Positions 9,101-17,468 of a DNA stretch of 28,805 bases are shown one piece after another. The stretch is from Bacilli bacterium (GTDB taxonomy: Bacteria > Bacillota_I > Bacilli_A > RF39 > UBA660): positions 1 to 28,805 of the forward strand of contig JAVWOV010000002.1 of assembly GCA_036636255.1 (NCBI GenBank). The letters run 5' to 3'. The position numbers and the translations under genes were made by a program. How positions within the stretch are numbered: the first letter of the stretch is position 1; each line of letters starts with the position of its first letter. The notes under the pieces are model-generated. The model had not been told where the DNA came from and made no database searches. It saw nothing but the letters and a program-made list of their open reading frames with translations.

Positions 9101-10518
9101 CTCATGAGTATACGAAAGAATTGTTGGGCGTTTCTAATGTATATCGTGCGGGCACAATAGGAACAGTTGCTAAGAAGACAGCGTTTGGTTATGTTAAAGG
9201 TTATTGTGAAGATAAGGGCTTTACGATGCGTACAGCGGAAATTGAACGCTTAGCTAGTGGTTGTGAAGGTGTTAAAAGAACAACAGGTCAACATCCGGGG
9301 GGAATTGTGGTAATTCCTGAGTATATGGAAATATTTGATTTCACACCTTATCAATATCCAGCTGATGATGTTAATTCTTTGTGGAAAACAACTCATTTTG
9401 ATTATCATTCCTTAGAGGATGATTTATTAAAATTGGATATTTTGGGGCATGATGTACCTACTATTTTAAGAATGTTACAAGACTTATCCGGAATTGATGT
9501 TACAAAGTTACCGATGGATGATGAACGTCTTTATTCCCTATTATCATCACCACAGGAATTAGGGGTAAGTGAAGAGGATATTATGTGTATGACGGGGACT
9601 TTAGGGTTACCAGAATTAGGAACTAAGTTTACTATTGCTCTATTAAAAGAGACGAAGCCGAAGACTTTTTCCGAGTTGGTAAAAATTTCGGGCCTATCAC
9701 ATGGCACAGATGTTTGGGCCGGAAATGCAAGTGAATTAATTCGCAATAATATTATTCCTTTTAAGGAAGTTATTGGTTGTCGTGATGAGATAATGATTTA
9801 TTTGATGAATAAAGGAATGGAACCACTTGATTCATTTAAGATTATGGAATTTGTTCGTAAAGGTAAGGCAACTAAAATTCCTGAACAGTGGCCTATTTGG
9901 GAAAAAAAGATGCGCGATGCTCATATTCCTGATTGGTATATTGAATCGTGTCATAAAATTAAATATATGTTTCCTAAGGCCCATGCCGTAGCATATGTTA
10001 TGAGTGCTTTGCGGATTGCTTGGTTTAAACTATATAAACCGATTATATATTATGCTACGCATTTTTCTATTAAGTGTACGGATTTTGATATTGAGGCTAT
10101 GATTAGTGGTAGTGTAGCTATGAAAAGTAAAATTACCTTGATTAATGAAATGGGATATAATGCTTCTAATAAAGATAATTCCGTTTTAGAAGGTTTACAA
10201 GTTGCATTGGAGGCTAGTATGCGGGGAATTAAATTTGCCCCTATAGATTTGCTTAAAAGTGATGCTAATAAGTTTATTATTGATGATGATTCTATGACTT
10301 TGATACCACCTTTTAGAGCCCTTGAAGGGTTAGGCGAAACAGTTGCTAAAAAAATTGTTGAGCAACGCGATATTAATCATTTTTTAAGTATTGAAGATTT
10401 TCAAAAAAGATGTAAGGTTTCAGCAACCATTATTGATAAGATGAGGATGCTTGGAATGTTTTCCGGGATGGATGAATCTAGTCAACTTAGTATTTTTAGT
10501 TTTGATGGAGTTGGTTAG
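6145..10518 (+). CDS. polC: DNA polymerase III PolC-type alpha subunit
   Basis: OB fold, PHP domain (ELHTHTKMSQMDG), inserted DEDDh exonuclease (DFETTG, HNAKFD, HRADYDA), GSRGSVGSS, Zn finger (CPKC...CPCC), catalytic PDIDLNF, YMFPKAHA; 1457 aa with no intein-sized insert. Confidence 0.99.
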   Translation: MEVNLKKLLIKSGLEEFYPFFENGKLLKIVGNKEKTEYVFKIQVEKILPIDVYDKVSKNIKRVFACSQNIIVDLKVSHIECLLVKQYFDYCIKKYMVDNPLLELFLANEVMISDNVIKISINNKAEERKLSSVKNNLLEDFKHFGFGDLCLTFITVHKESEKIREQIKKDMNLYSNTVVEAPKVSKSFKRQTSKDAILGRVINTDSMRIENILGPLTSATIEACIFDMDIKETKSNLKIMTLKVTDYTDSIYCKLFINDDEQFKVLNDCLKVGKWFKIRGNVKDDSYSNELVISVYDINNLKHLETVVTDDAPLKRVELHTHTKMSQMDGVVDCHDLLKQALKWGHKAIAITDHNCLQSFPDVYNFVKCHNKSLKENEQPFKAIYGVELLMVDDDIDIVVRPDDSSLLDTTYVVFDFETTGLNAGGQDSIIEVGAVKIKNGEIIDRFSQLIDPLRKLPAIITEITNITDEMLKGKESEEKVIGDFINWFGDLPLVAHNAKFDISFLKKAYRKYDLGIFSNMVIDTLELSRTLDNNYSRHGLSAIVKRYNVVFDESGHHRADYDAETTALVFHKMLLKLDGRNFATIRDIDKLVTKEDIYKYGRTFHINILAKNKVGLKNLFKIVSFANTKYLYKTPRILKSELSKLREGLLFGSGCYESEVFIQCRSKSDAELSSIIDFYDYVEVQPLDCYDHLLQSGDFENKSLLLEHVKKIIRNTVNVGKIIVASGDVHHLTTNDRIYREILVNQKVPGGGRHPLARGNIKKIPSYHFRTTEEMLTDFAFLGEDLAYEIVVSNANKVADMIDILEVIIETGGVPFSPKIENSAAIVTDMVYKKAYEIYGNPLPDLIQKRVTSELNGIINGGFDVVYLLSQRLVKKSNEDGYLVGSRGSVGSSFVATMMGITEVNPLPAHYVCPKCQHTIFELDGKILGKKYASGYDLPNLACPCCDTLLNKEGQDMPFATFLGFNADKVPDIDLNFSGDYQWKAHEYTKELLGVSNVYRAGTIGTVAKKTAFGYVKGYCEDKGFTMRTAEIERLASGCEGVKRTTGQHPGGIVVIPEYMEIFDFTPYQYPADDVNSLWKTTHFDYHSLEDDLLKLDILGHDVPTILRMLQDLSGIDVTKLPMDDERLYSLLSSPQELGVSEEDIMCMTGTLGLPELGTKFTIALLKETKPKTFSELVKISGLSHGTDVWAGNASELIRNNIIPFKEVIGCRDEIMIYLMNKGMEPLDSFKIMEFVRKGKATKIPEQWPIWEKKMRDAHIPDWYIESCHKIKYMFPKAHAVAYVMSALRIAWFKLYKPIIYYATHFSIKCTDFDIEAMISGSVAMKSKITLINEMGYNASNKDNSVLEGLQVALEASMRGIKFAPIDLLKSDANKFIIDDDSMTLIPPFRALEGLGETVAKKIVEQRDINHFLSIEDFQKRCKVSATIIDKMRMLGMFSGMDESSQLSIFSFDGVG

Positions 10519-10626
10519 TATTAAAAAAGATATTTTGTAATATTTATTTATTACCTTATTCTTTTTTTTTTACATATTTTATTCTTTTTAGCTTGTTTTA
10601 TTTGTTTGTTTTATACTATGTCTAGT

Positions 10627-10656
10627 TTGACTTATAGCTGGTGGCATATTTATAAT
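10627..10656 (+). promoter_or_regulatory. Sigma-A promoter for the ABC cassette
   Basis: TTGACT-18 nt-TATAAT. Confidence 0.7.
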
Positions 10657-10695
10657 GATATAAAGGAATTCCGTTTATTGATTGTGGAGGAAATT

Positions 10696-11403
10696 ATGAA
10701 AAATTTATATCGTTTAGAGGATGTTTCAAAAATTTATTGTGGTACTAGTTCTAAGACTTATGCATTAGATCATGTTGATTTAGAAATAAATGCCGGAGAA
10801 TTTGTGATTATTTTAGGACCTTCGGGTAGTGGGAAAAGTACGTTATTACATATTTTAGCAGGACTCGATTATATTACTTCTGGTAGTGTATTTTTTGGTG
10901 ATTTACGAATTGATAATTTGTCTTCTAAGGACTTAAATAATTATCGAAGAGATAATTTGGGTTTTGTTTTTCAAAGTTATAATTTAGTTCCTAATTTGAC
11001 GGTTTGGGGAAATATTTTACTTAGTCAGCAAATTGTTCGTCGCCCCTTAAATGGGAAAAACATTTTAAAGGTAGTTGGACTTGGTAATTTTTTTTCGAAG
11101 TATCCTTATCAGTTATCCGGAGGACAGATGCAAAGAGTAGCTATTGCTCGGGCACTTGTTAAAAATCCATCCGTTTTATTTTGTGATGAACCGACTGGGT
11201 CAATGGATGAGAAGACGGGGAAGGTTGTTTTAAATTTATTACAGGCTATTAATCATGAATATGGGATGACGGTCATTATGGTAACACATAATCCTGGTAT
11301 AGCCTTGATGGCAAATACGGTTATAAAGATGGACAGTGGACGGATTAGAAGTGTTACAAAGACAAATAATGTTACATCTGCTTTTGATTTGAGGTGGTCC
11401 TGA
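10696..11403 (+). CDS. ABC transporter ATP-binding protein (LolD/MacB-like), copy 1
   Basis: GPSGSGKS, LSGGQMQRVAIAR, FCDEPTGSMD, VTHN; ATG 10696 after GGAGG (the track start at 10606 lies upstream of the predicted promoter); 235 aa. Confidence 0.95.
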   Translation: MKNLYRLEDVSKIYCGTSSKTYALDHVDLEINAGEFVIILGPSGSGKSTLLHILAGLDYITSGSVFFGDLRIDNLSSKDLNNYRRDNLGFVFQSYNLVPNLTVWGNILLSQQIVRRPLNGKNILKVVGLGNFFSKYPYQLSGGQMQRVAIARALVKNPSVLFCDEPTGSMDEKTGKVVLNLLQAINHEYGMTVIMVTHNPGIALMANTVIKMDSGRIRSVTKTNNVTSAFDLRWS

Positions 11404-13919
11404 AATTGTTAATACTAAATTGTTTGAAGGGCATGAAAAGAAAAAAAGTATTAATGTTATGTATTATTTTACTTGTTTTATTGATGACGGCTAGTTACGT
11501 GGCAGTAAATTATGCTCTTGATCAAATGGATGATAGTTATGATCATTATCTTAATAAGCAACAAGTAGCAGATATTGCTGTTGACGTTTTGCTCGATTTA
11601 AATCGTGATGTTTCTTTAAGGGAATTAAATGACTTTAAAAAAAAAGAACTTAAAAATATGAGCTATGAGGAAAAAAAGATTATTAGTTTATATGAGTATT
11701 ATTTATTTAGAAAATTACCAATTGGGTTACAAAACAGTTATGATATTATGACTATTTTTAAGAAGTATGGAGTAGATATTTTACTTAGTTATAAAAAGTT
11801 GGATGTAATTAAAAATCACTATGATTTTATTTATGAACAAGAAAGAAGTAAAACAATTTTTACTAGTGATATAATTATTAAGGCTATGCCTTATTTTTGT
11901 AATAAAGAAATCAATAAATTTTTTTTGATTAAAGGTCGTTTTCCCGTTAAAGATAACGAAGTTACTATTTTGCCAGATTTTGCACGGGAACATAATTTGT
12001 ATATTGGTTCTAGTTATAAGATAGGTCATAATGTTTACCAGGTGGTTGGTTTTGCCTATGCTTCAGCTTATATTTATCCATTGATGGATATTAGTAATTT
12101 ACTTTTCGATAAAGCTAAAAACAATATTGTTTTGTTGATGCCAGATGATTTTAACTCTTTAGCAGGACTTAGTGATAATATGTATGCTTTGCATTTTAAT
12201 CATTCGGATAATCAGGTGAATTCTAAAGATGTTTTCCATAATGATTTTCTGATGAAATTTTTGGCATCAACAACAGATACGATTATTTATAATGATAACA
12301 CGGTTTTGCACATGATGCGAACTATATCTTTACCCTTAGAGTTTTCTATTAATCGAAAGTTTTCTTCATGTTTTTTGTACTTATTGTTAGGAATAAATGT
12401 TTTTATTATTATAATTATCATGAGGAAGATATTTACTTCCGATCGTTTAGCGATTGGAATTTTATTGTCACTTGGTTATAATCGATTACTTATTGCTTTT
12501 AGTTATTTGGTTTATCCAGTTGTTGGTTCAATTGTTGGGGGTATTTTAGGTTATTTTTTGGGGATTATTTTACATTATCCGCTCGCTTTTATTTACCGAA
12601 ATTTTTATGCATTACCCTTTGATGATTTTAAAATTACTGGTGAGTATTTTTTAATTAGTGTTTGTATACCTTGCTGTATTTTAGTGGTTATTAGTTTACT
12701 TGTTATGTTAGTTATGCTTAGAAAAAAACCACTTATTTTGTTAAAAGAAGGTAGTAATTTAAAAATTGGTTTAGTTAGTCGTATATTAAATCGGTTACTA
12801 TGTTTTTTACCCTTTAGCTGGCGTTTTAAGTATGCCTTGGCTTTTGCTTCTTTGGGTAAGTTATTTATTGTTTTTTTAATATCTTTTAAAACCGGGTTAA
12901 TAATTGTTTTTATTTTAATAGGACCTAATTTATTTAATAATAGTATTGATAAGTCGTTTGCAGGGATAAGGTATGATTATGTTGTTATGTTAAATAAGGT
13001 AGCAACGGCTGTTAAGGTTAAAGATGATGATTTAATTTTAACTAAGAGCTTAAACATTGTTTCAATAAACGATGGTAATCGGGTTAGATTAATTAGTAAG
13101 AATAATGAAGTTATGTTGTCAGGATATGATGATAGTCCTAATTATTTCAAACTTTTTTCCTTTCATAATCAAAATATTACCTCCATGCTTGCTAATGATG
13201 GTATTGTTATTAGTAAAGCTTTACAGGATGCCCTAAAGATTAAGGTTGGTAATACGTTAATTTTTAATACAAATTTTGGTAATATTTCATATCGGGTTAT
13301 AGGTGTTTGCGCGGAACATTTAAATTTTGTTGGTTATGTTAATCGTAATGGCTTTAGTAAAAGGCTTGGGTTATTACCTTATTCTTATAATCGCTTTGCT
13401 ACTAGAAATAATAAGTACAGTTCTGTTTTAAACTTAAATAGTACTGACCTTTTATCTGTAGCGCGTATTGTCAGTGCTACAGATTTGAAAAATAGTATGT
13501 GCCTTCAGGTGAAGCGATTTAGTAATATTATTTATGCGATAGTTATTATGGCTTCTTTTATGGCATTTATTATTATGGTAGTAATGGGGAACATGGTTAT
13601 TTCGGAAAATAAAAAGATCATTTCATTAATGAAGGTTATGGGGTATAGTAATAAAAAAATTAGTCAAATTGTTTTAACTGTTTATCGTTCTTTAGTGATA
13701 TTTGCTTATTTACTTGCTATTCCATGTATGCTTTTTTTGTTACAATATGTTTTTGATTTGTTAGCTGTTTCAATTAATATGAGTATTGATGTTTCTCTGT
13801 CACCACTACTTTGTTTAATAGGCTTTTTTATGATGATGTTTGTTTATTATATATCTTTGTTTATTTCGCGGATTATGTTAAATAAAGTACCGTTAGCAGT
13901 TGTTTTGAAAGGAGAATAG
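11394..13919 (+). CDS. ABC transporter permease, duplicated FtsX/MacB-type (two extracellular domains, about 8 TM)
   Basis: N-terminal TM, large loop with GRFP...EVTILPDFAREHNL, then three TMs; the pattern repeats in the second half (ENKKIISLMKVMGYS). Start uncertain (GTG 11394 or TTG 11406). Confidence 0.88.
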   Translation: MVLKLLILNCLKGMKRKKVLMLCIILLVLLMTASYVAVNYALDQMDDSYDHYLNKQQVADIAVDVLLDLNRDVSLRELNDFKKKELKNMSYEEKKIISLYEYYLFRKLPIGLQNSYDIMTIFKKYGVDILLSYKKLDVIKNHYDFIYEQERSKTIFTSDIIIKAMPYFCNKEINKFFLIKGRFPVKDNEVTILPDFAREHNLYIGSSYKIGHNVYQVVGFAYASAYIYPLMDISNLLFDKAKNNIVLLMPDDFNSLAGLSDNMYALHFNHSDNQVNSKDVFHNDFLMKFLASTTDTIIYNDNTVLHMMRTISLPLEFSINRKFSSCFLYLLLGINVFIIIIIMRKIFTSDRLAIGILLSLGYNRLLIAFSYLVYPVVGSIVGGILGYFLGIILHYPLAFIYRNFYALPFDDFKITGEYFLISVCIPCCILVVISLLVMLVMLRKKPLILLKEGSNLKIGLVSRILNRLLCFLPFSWRFKYALAFASLGKLFIVFLISFKTGLIIVFILIGPNLFNNSIDKSFAGIRYDYVVMLNKVATAVKVKDDDLILTKSLNIVSINDGNRVRLISKNNEVMLSGYDDSPNYFKLFSFHNQNITSMLANDGIVISKALQDALKIKVGNTLIFNTNFGNISYRVIGVCAEHLNFVGYVNRNGFSKRLGLLPYSYNRFATRNNKYSSVLNLNSTDLLSVARIVSATDLKNSMCLQVKRFSNIIYAIVIMASFMAFIIMVVMGNMVISENKKIISLMKVMGYSNKKISQIVLTVYRSLVIFAYLLAIPCMLFLLQYVFDLLAVSINMSIDVSLSPLLCLIGFFMMMFVYYISLFISRIMLNKVPLAVVLKGE

Positions 13920-13924
13920 ATTTT

Positions 13925-14632
13925 ATGAAAGAACTTATTAGATTTGAAAATGTTTTTAAAGTATATCATAATTTTTCGACCGATGAAAATGTTTTGGCGG
14001 GTATTAATTTTAGTGTTATAAGGGGTTCTATTGTGGTTATTTTGGGTCCTTCAGGCAGTGGGAAAAGTACTTTACTAAATTGCGCTTCAGGTCTTTTAGA
14101 TATTGATTTTGGTAAAATTTTTTTTGATGGTATTGATATTTCGAAATTTAGTGAGCGTCGTAAGGCACGTTTTCGTAAACAAAATGTTGGTTTTATTTTT
14201 CAAAATTATAGTTTATTAAAATATCTTAATGTTTATGAGAATGTTTTATTGGGAGCTCGACTTGGTAAGAATCGGGTTAATGTTCATGAGGTTTTAAAAC
14301 TTGTTTCTTTAGCTAAATTTAGTAAAAGTAATATTGATTTATTATCGGGTGGTGAGTTGCAAAGGGTAGCTATTGCTCGGGCATTTGCGAAGAATCCGCG
14401 GGTTATTTTTTGTGATGAACCAACAGGTGCACTTGATTATAACATGACTCGGCTTGTTTTACAGGCTTTAGTTGCTATTAACCAAAGGTATAATACTACG
14501 TTAATTATTGTGACGCATAATCCAAATATTGCTTTGATTGGGGACCGGATTATTAAAATGAATAGTGGTCAAATTATTAGTGATGTTAAAAATTTATCAA
14601 GAATTGATCCTTTGAAGATTCCTTGGGGCTAA
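13925..14632 (+). CDS. ABC transporter ATP-binding protein (LolD/MacB-like), copy 2
   Basis: GPSGSGKS, LSGGELQRVAIAR, FCDEPTGALD, VTHN; 235 aa; GGAG RBS at the permease 3' end. Confidence 0.95.
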   Translation: MKELIRFENVFKVYHNFSTDENVLAGINFSVIRGSIVVILGPSGSGKSTLLNCASGLLDIDFGKIFFDGIDISKFSERRKARFRKQNVGFIFQNYSLLKYLNVYENVLLGARLGKNRVNVHEVLKLVSLAKFSKSNIDLLSGGELQRVAIARAFAKNPRVIFCDEPTGALDYNMTRLVLQALVAINQRYNTTLIIVTHNPNIALIGDRIIKMNSGQIISDVKNLSRIDPLKIPWG

Positions 14633-14646
14633 ATTTTTATTTTTTG

Positions 14647-14655
14647 TGTTATAAT
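14647..14655 (+). promoter_or_regulatory. Extended -10 element for the ATP-grasp gene
   Basis: TG-T-TATAAT, 20 nt before the ATG; AGGAGG RBS follows. Confidence 0.6.
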
Positions 14656-14675
14656 GATTAAAAGGAGGAAATTAC

Positions 14676-15671
14676 ATGTTAAATTTTAAGGATATTAATA
14701 AAAAAAGATTAAATTTTTTAGCGGGTTTTATTGCTAAGAAAAATGGTGTTTCAGTTACTAAAGTCAAGGTGAATATGTTTTTTAATTATTTTAGGTACGG
14801 GATTGGATATACTGATTATATGAAAGGAGATTATTTTAATTTAAGTTCTAAGGATAAAAAAAATTTTTTAGCTAAGAAAAAATTTCCAGCGATAGTTAGT
14901 TATTTAAATGATGATAAATTCCAAAATATTTTTTTAGATAAGATTATTTTTAATAAGAAATTTAAGGATTTTATTGGTCGTAATTATATTGATTTGCGGG
15001 AAAATAGTTATGATAATTTTAAAAAATTTGTTGGTAAGAAGGATAGTTTTTTTGCTAAGAAGCATAATTCTTTTGGCGGTGATGGTATTGAAAAAATTGA
15101 CAATAAAAAAAATGTTAATTTAAAAGATGTTTATGAGCGCCTACTTAAAAATAAACAGTTTTTGATTGAAGATACTATTATCCAACATGATTATTTAAAT
15201 GAGATAAATCCATCAGTTGTTAATAATGTTAGGCTTGTCACTTTATTAAAAGATAATGAGGTTTATATTATTGCTAGTTTATTAAGACTTAATAATGGAG
15301 ACGGTAATGTTATTAATTGTCAAGATATTTTTGGTTCTCTTGATGAAAATGGTCGCTTAGTGGGTAATATGGTTGATGATTATTGTCATACTTATGAAAA
15401 ACATCCTTTGACTGGGTTTGTATTTAAGAAAATGAAAATTCCTTTTATGAATGAGGCTATTGATATGGTTAAAAAAGCAGGTAAGGTGGTTAAAGAAATT
15501 CGTTATGTTGGTTGGGATGTGGCAATTACACCAAATGGGCCAATTATTATTGAGGGTAATTTTTATCCGAGTTATGGTTTATTTCAATATTACTTATTAA
15601 ATGATGGTAAACCAGTTGGTAAGATTCCTTTGATTAAAGAAATTTTAGGCGATGAGGCTAAAAACATATGA
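14676..15671 (+). CDS. ATP-grasp family ligase (sugar-transfer-associated ATP-grasp / alpha-L-glutamate ligase-like)
   Basis: K..NSFGGDGI, LIEDTIIQH..LNEINPSVVNNVRLVT and the C-terminal YVGWDVAITPNGPIIIEGN metal-binding motif. Confidence 0.8.
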   Translation: MLNFKDINKKRLNFLAGFIAKKNGVSVTKVKVNMFFNYFRYGIGYTDYMKGDYFNLSSKDKKNFLAKKKFPAIVSYLNDDKFQNIFLDKIIFNKKFKDFIGRNYIDLRENSYDNFKKFVGKKDSFFAKKHNSFGGDGIEKIDNKKNVNLKDVYERLLKNKQFLIEDTIIQHDYLNEINPSVVNNVRLVTLLKDNEVYIIASLLRLNNGDGNVINCQDIFGSLDENGRLVGNMVDDYCHTYEKHPLTGFVFKKMKIPFMNEAIDMVKKAGKVVKEIRYVGWDVAITPNGPIIIEGNFYPSYGLFQYYLLNDGKPVGKIPLIKEILGDEAKNI

Positions 15672-15673
15672 AA

Positions 15674-15699
15674 AAAAAGCTATTAATTAATAGCTTTTT
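15674..15699. terminator. Bidirectional intrinsic terminator
   Basis: Perfect 26-bp palindrome AAAAAGCTATTAATTAATAGCTTTTT between the convergent ATP-grasp gene and rpsD. Confidence 0.85.
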
Positions 15700-16297
15700 A
15701 TCTGTTATAAAATTCAACAATTAATGATTCATCAATTTCTTGATTTAATTCACTTCGTTCAGGTAATCTTAAATATGTGCCAGTTTTTTTTGTTTCATCA
15801 TATGCAATATATTCAACACGGTTAATAACTTTTTCTAAAGATGCATTAACAACATCCAATTGTTTATTATCTTTTAAAGCAATAACATCGTTTATTTTAA
15901 CACGATATGATGGAATATCAACTTTTTTTCCGTTAACGGTTATGTGTCCATGATTAACTAGTTGTCTTGCACCTTTTCTGGTTGTTGCAAAACCGATACG
16001 ATATACTAAATTGTCTAAGCGACTTTCTAGTAGTTTGAATAAATCTTCACCGTGAACTCCTTTTAGTTTTCCAGCATCATTAAAGGTTTTTTTGAATTGT
16101 TTTTCGTTTAATCCGTACATGAATTTAACTTTTTGCTTTTCTTGTAATTGTGTTCCATAGTCGGATAATTTTTTTGCTCTTTTTTTACTATGTTGTCCGG
16201 GAATATATGGTCTTTTTACTAATTCTTTACCTGTTTCTAATATGGAAAAACCTAATCTTCGACTTTTACGATAAATTGGTCCAGTATACCTTGACAT
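15698..16297 (-). CDS. rpsD: 30S ribosomal protein S4
   Basis: MSRYTGP..., PGQHS, LQEKQK, LESRLDNLVYR, ARQLVNHGH; ATG 16297 follows an AAAGGAG RBS. Confidence 0.99.
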   Translation of the reverse strand: MSRYTGPIYRKSRRLGFSILETGKELVKRPYIPGQHSKKRAKKLSDYGTQLQEKQKVKFMYGLNEKQFKKTFNDAGKLKGVHGEDLFKLLESRLDNLVYRIGFATTRKGARQLVNHGHITVNGKKVDIPSYRVKINDVIALKDNKQLDVVNASLEKVINRVEYIAYDETKKTGTYLRLPERSELNQEIDESLIVEFYNR

Positions 16298-16310
16298 AAA
16301 ACGCTCCTTT

Positions 16311-16454
16311 CGTAAGCAGGACATCAAGGTTATTTTGGCAAATTATAGGGTGTTTATTTTAATATCTTCGCTTGCAGCTAAAGTTACACAATAACCCAAT
16401 ATAGGTAATAAACACGTTACAATTTTCAAAATAACGCTGCTAGATGTGTTGCTT
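16311..16454 (-). promoter_or_regulatory. S4 (rpsD) autoregulatory mRNA leader
   Basis: Nested inverted repeats: 16314-18/16450-54, 16321-25/16443-47, 16329-37/16427-35 (9 bp perfect) and 16350-58/16407-15 (9 bp perfect). GUGUAA and GCUGC motifs on the mRNA strand resemble the Firmicutes S4 leader. Confidence 0.78.
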
Positions 16455-16459
16455 ATATA

Positions 16460-16488
16460 ATTATAGTATGTTTTTATAACATAGTCAA
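16460..16488 (-). promoter_or_regulatory. Sigma-A promoter of rpsD
   Basis: TTGACT-17 nt-TATAAT on the minus strand, directly before the leader. Confidence 0.85.
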
Positions 16489-16635
16489 TACCATTTCACA
16501 ATATAGTAAAGGTATTTTTAAGACCTTTTTAATTAAATAGATTATTTTTGTGATATTATTTAATAATATTTTTTGAATATTGTTTGATTGAATAATATTT
16601 GTATAAAAAATTATCTTTAATTTTTAATTATTTTA

Positions 16636-16664
16636 TTGCAAACTATTGCTTATAATGGTATATT
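16636..16664 (+). promoter_or_regulatory. Putative sigma-A promoter for the 16698 orphan
   Basis: TTGCAA-17 nt-TATATT with extended TG. Confidence 0.55.
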
Positions 16665-16697
16665 ATTAAATAGTGGTAATAGAAATAAGGTGATAAT

Positions 16698-17234
16698 TTG
16701 AATGATAAAGCACGGGTGATTGATGATGCTTTGCAGGATACGGTTAATAAGTATTATTTGAAGGTTAAGAGTAATAAAAAGTTAACAAATTTATATATTA
16801 AATTATTAAGTAGTGTGATTGAGGGAAATTATGCATGTATTACGTCTTATGGCAATGCACGAAATAATATGGAACAACTTGGACATATGGTTATTATAAT
16901 GGAGTTAATGAAGAATATCATTAAGGTAAACTCTTTTTATAACAGTGATGATGATTATATCCCTCTTAAAACTAATAAGTGTTTAAAGGATAATAATTTA
17001 AGTGTTTCAGAAATTGAATTTTTAATTTATAAGGAGATTTTGCGAAATAAGAGTGATGATGTATTTGATCTTTTGAAGAAAAATAAGTTTATTTTGTTGG
17101 CTTGTATTATTTCTTTTGTTGATGCTAGATATAACGAGAAGACAAAAATTAAAAATTTGGATATTGTTAGAGATTATAATGATTTAATGTTGCTTTCACA
17201 ATTAAATCGTTCACAAGATCAATTGATGGTATAA
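16698..17234 (+). CDS. Hypothetical protein (178 aa)
   Basis: Open frame with TTG start after an AAGGTGA RBS; own promoter candidate; no motif recognised. Confidence 0.65.
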   Translation: MNDKARVIDDALQDTVNKYYLKVKSNKKLTNLYIKLLSSVIEGNYACITSYGNARNNMEQLGHMVIIMELMKNIIKVNSFYNSDDDYIPLKTNKCLKDNNLSVSEIEFLIYKEILRNKSDDVFDLLKKNKFILLACIISFVDARYNEKTKIKNLDIVRDYNDLMLLSQLNRSQDQLMV

Positions 17235-17246
17235 TTTTATATTGTA

Positions 17247-17255
17247 TGTTATAAT
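17247..17255 (+). promoter_or_regulatory. Extended -10 element for the T-box/serS transcript
   Basis: TG-T-TATAAT immediately 5' of T-box stem I. Confidence 0.65.
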
Positions 17256-17261
17256 ATGATA

Positions 17262-17445
17262 AATTGATGATGAAGTTTAGTAATAATTGGATTATTTAAA
17301 GAGAGTTAGTGGTTGGTGAAAACTAATAATAATTAATTACGAATCTGCTTTGGAGAGGAATTAATAATTCCCGGAGAAATCCGTTATTTAAATTAAGACT
17401 ATAATAGGATGGTACCGCATGATTGCTCCTATGGGTAGTCTTTTT
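17262..17445 (+). promoter_or_regulatory. T-box riboswitch (serine) with antiterminator and terminator
   Basis: Loop E AGTA (17279)/GAA (17341); AGAGA box and GGTGAAA distal loop; specifier TCT (17344-46); stem II GGAATT/AATTCC; F-box CCGTTA; T-box AGGA-TGGTACC-GC...GC-TCCT; terminator GATTGCTC/GGGTAGTC followed by T5. Confidence 0.93.
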
Positions 17446-17468
17446 ATATATAGAAAAGAGGAAAGAAA

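Noticed and set aside
6145-10518. Intein or other insertion in PolC
   Set aside because: Length and domain order are typical; no intein splice or homing-endonuclease motifs seen.
5081-12029. Short ORF-track entries at 5081, 6411, 6612, 8099, 9531 and 11781
   Set aside because: All lie inside long, well-supported genes (antisense or alternate frame), lack an RBS and show no motifs; shadow ORFs.
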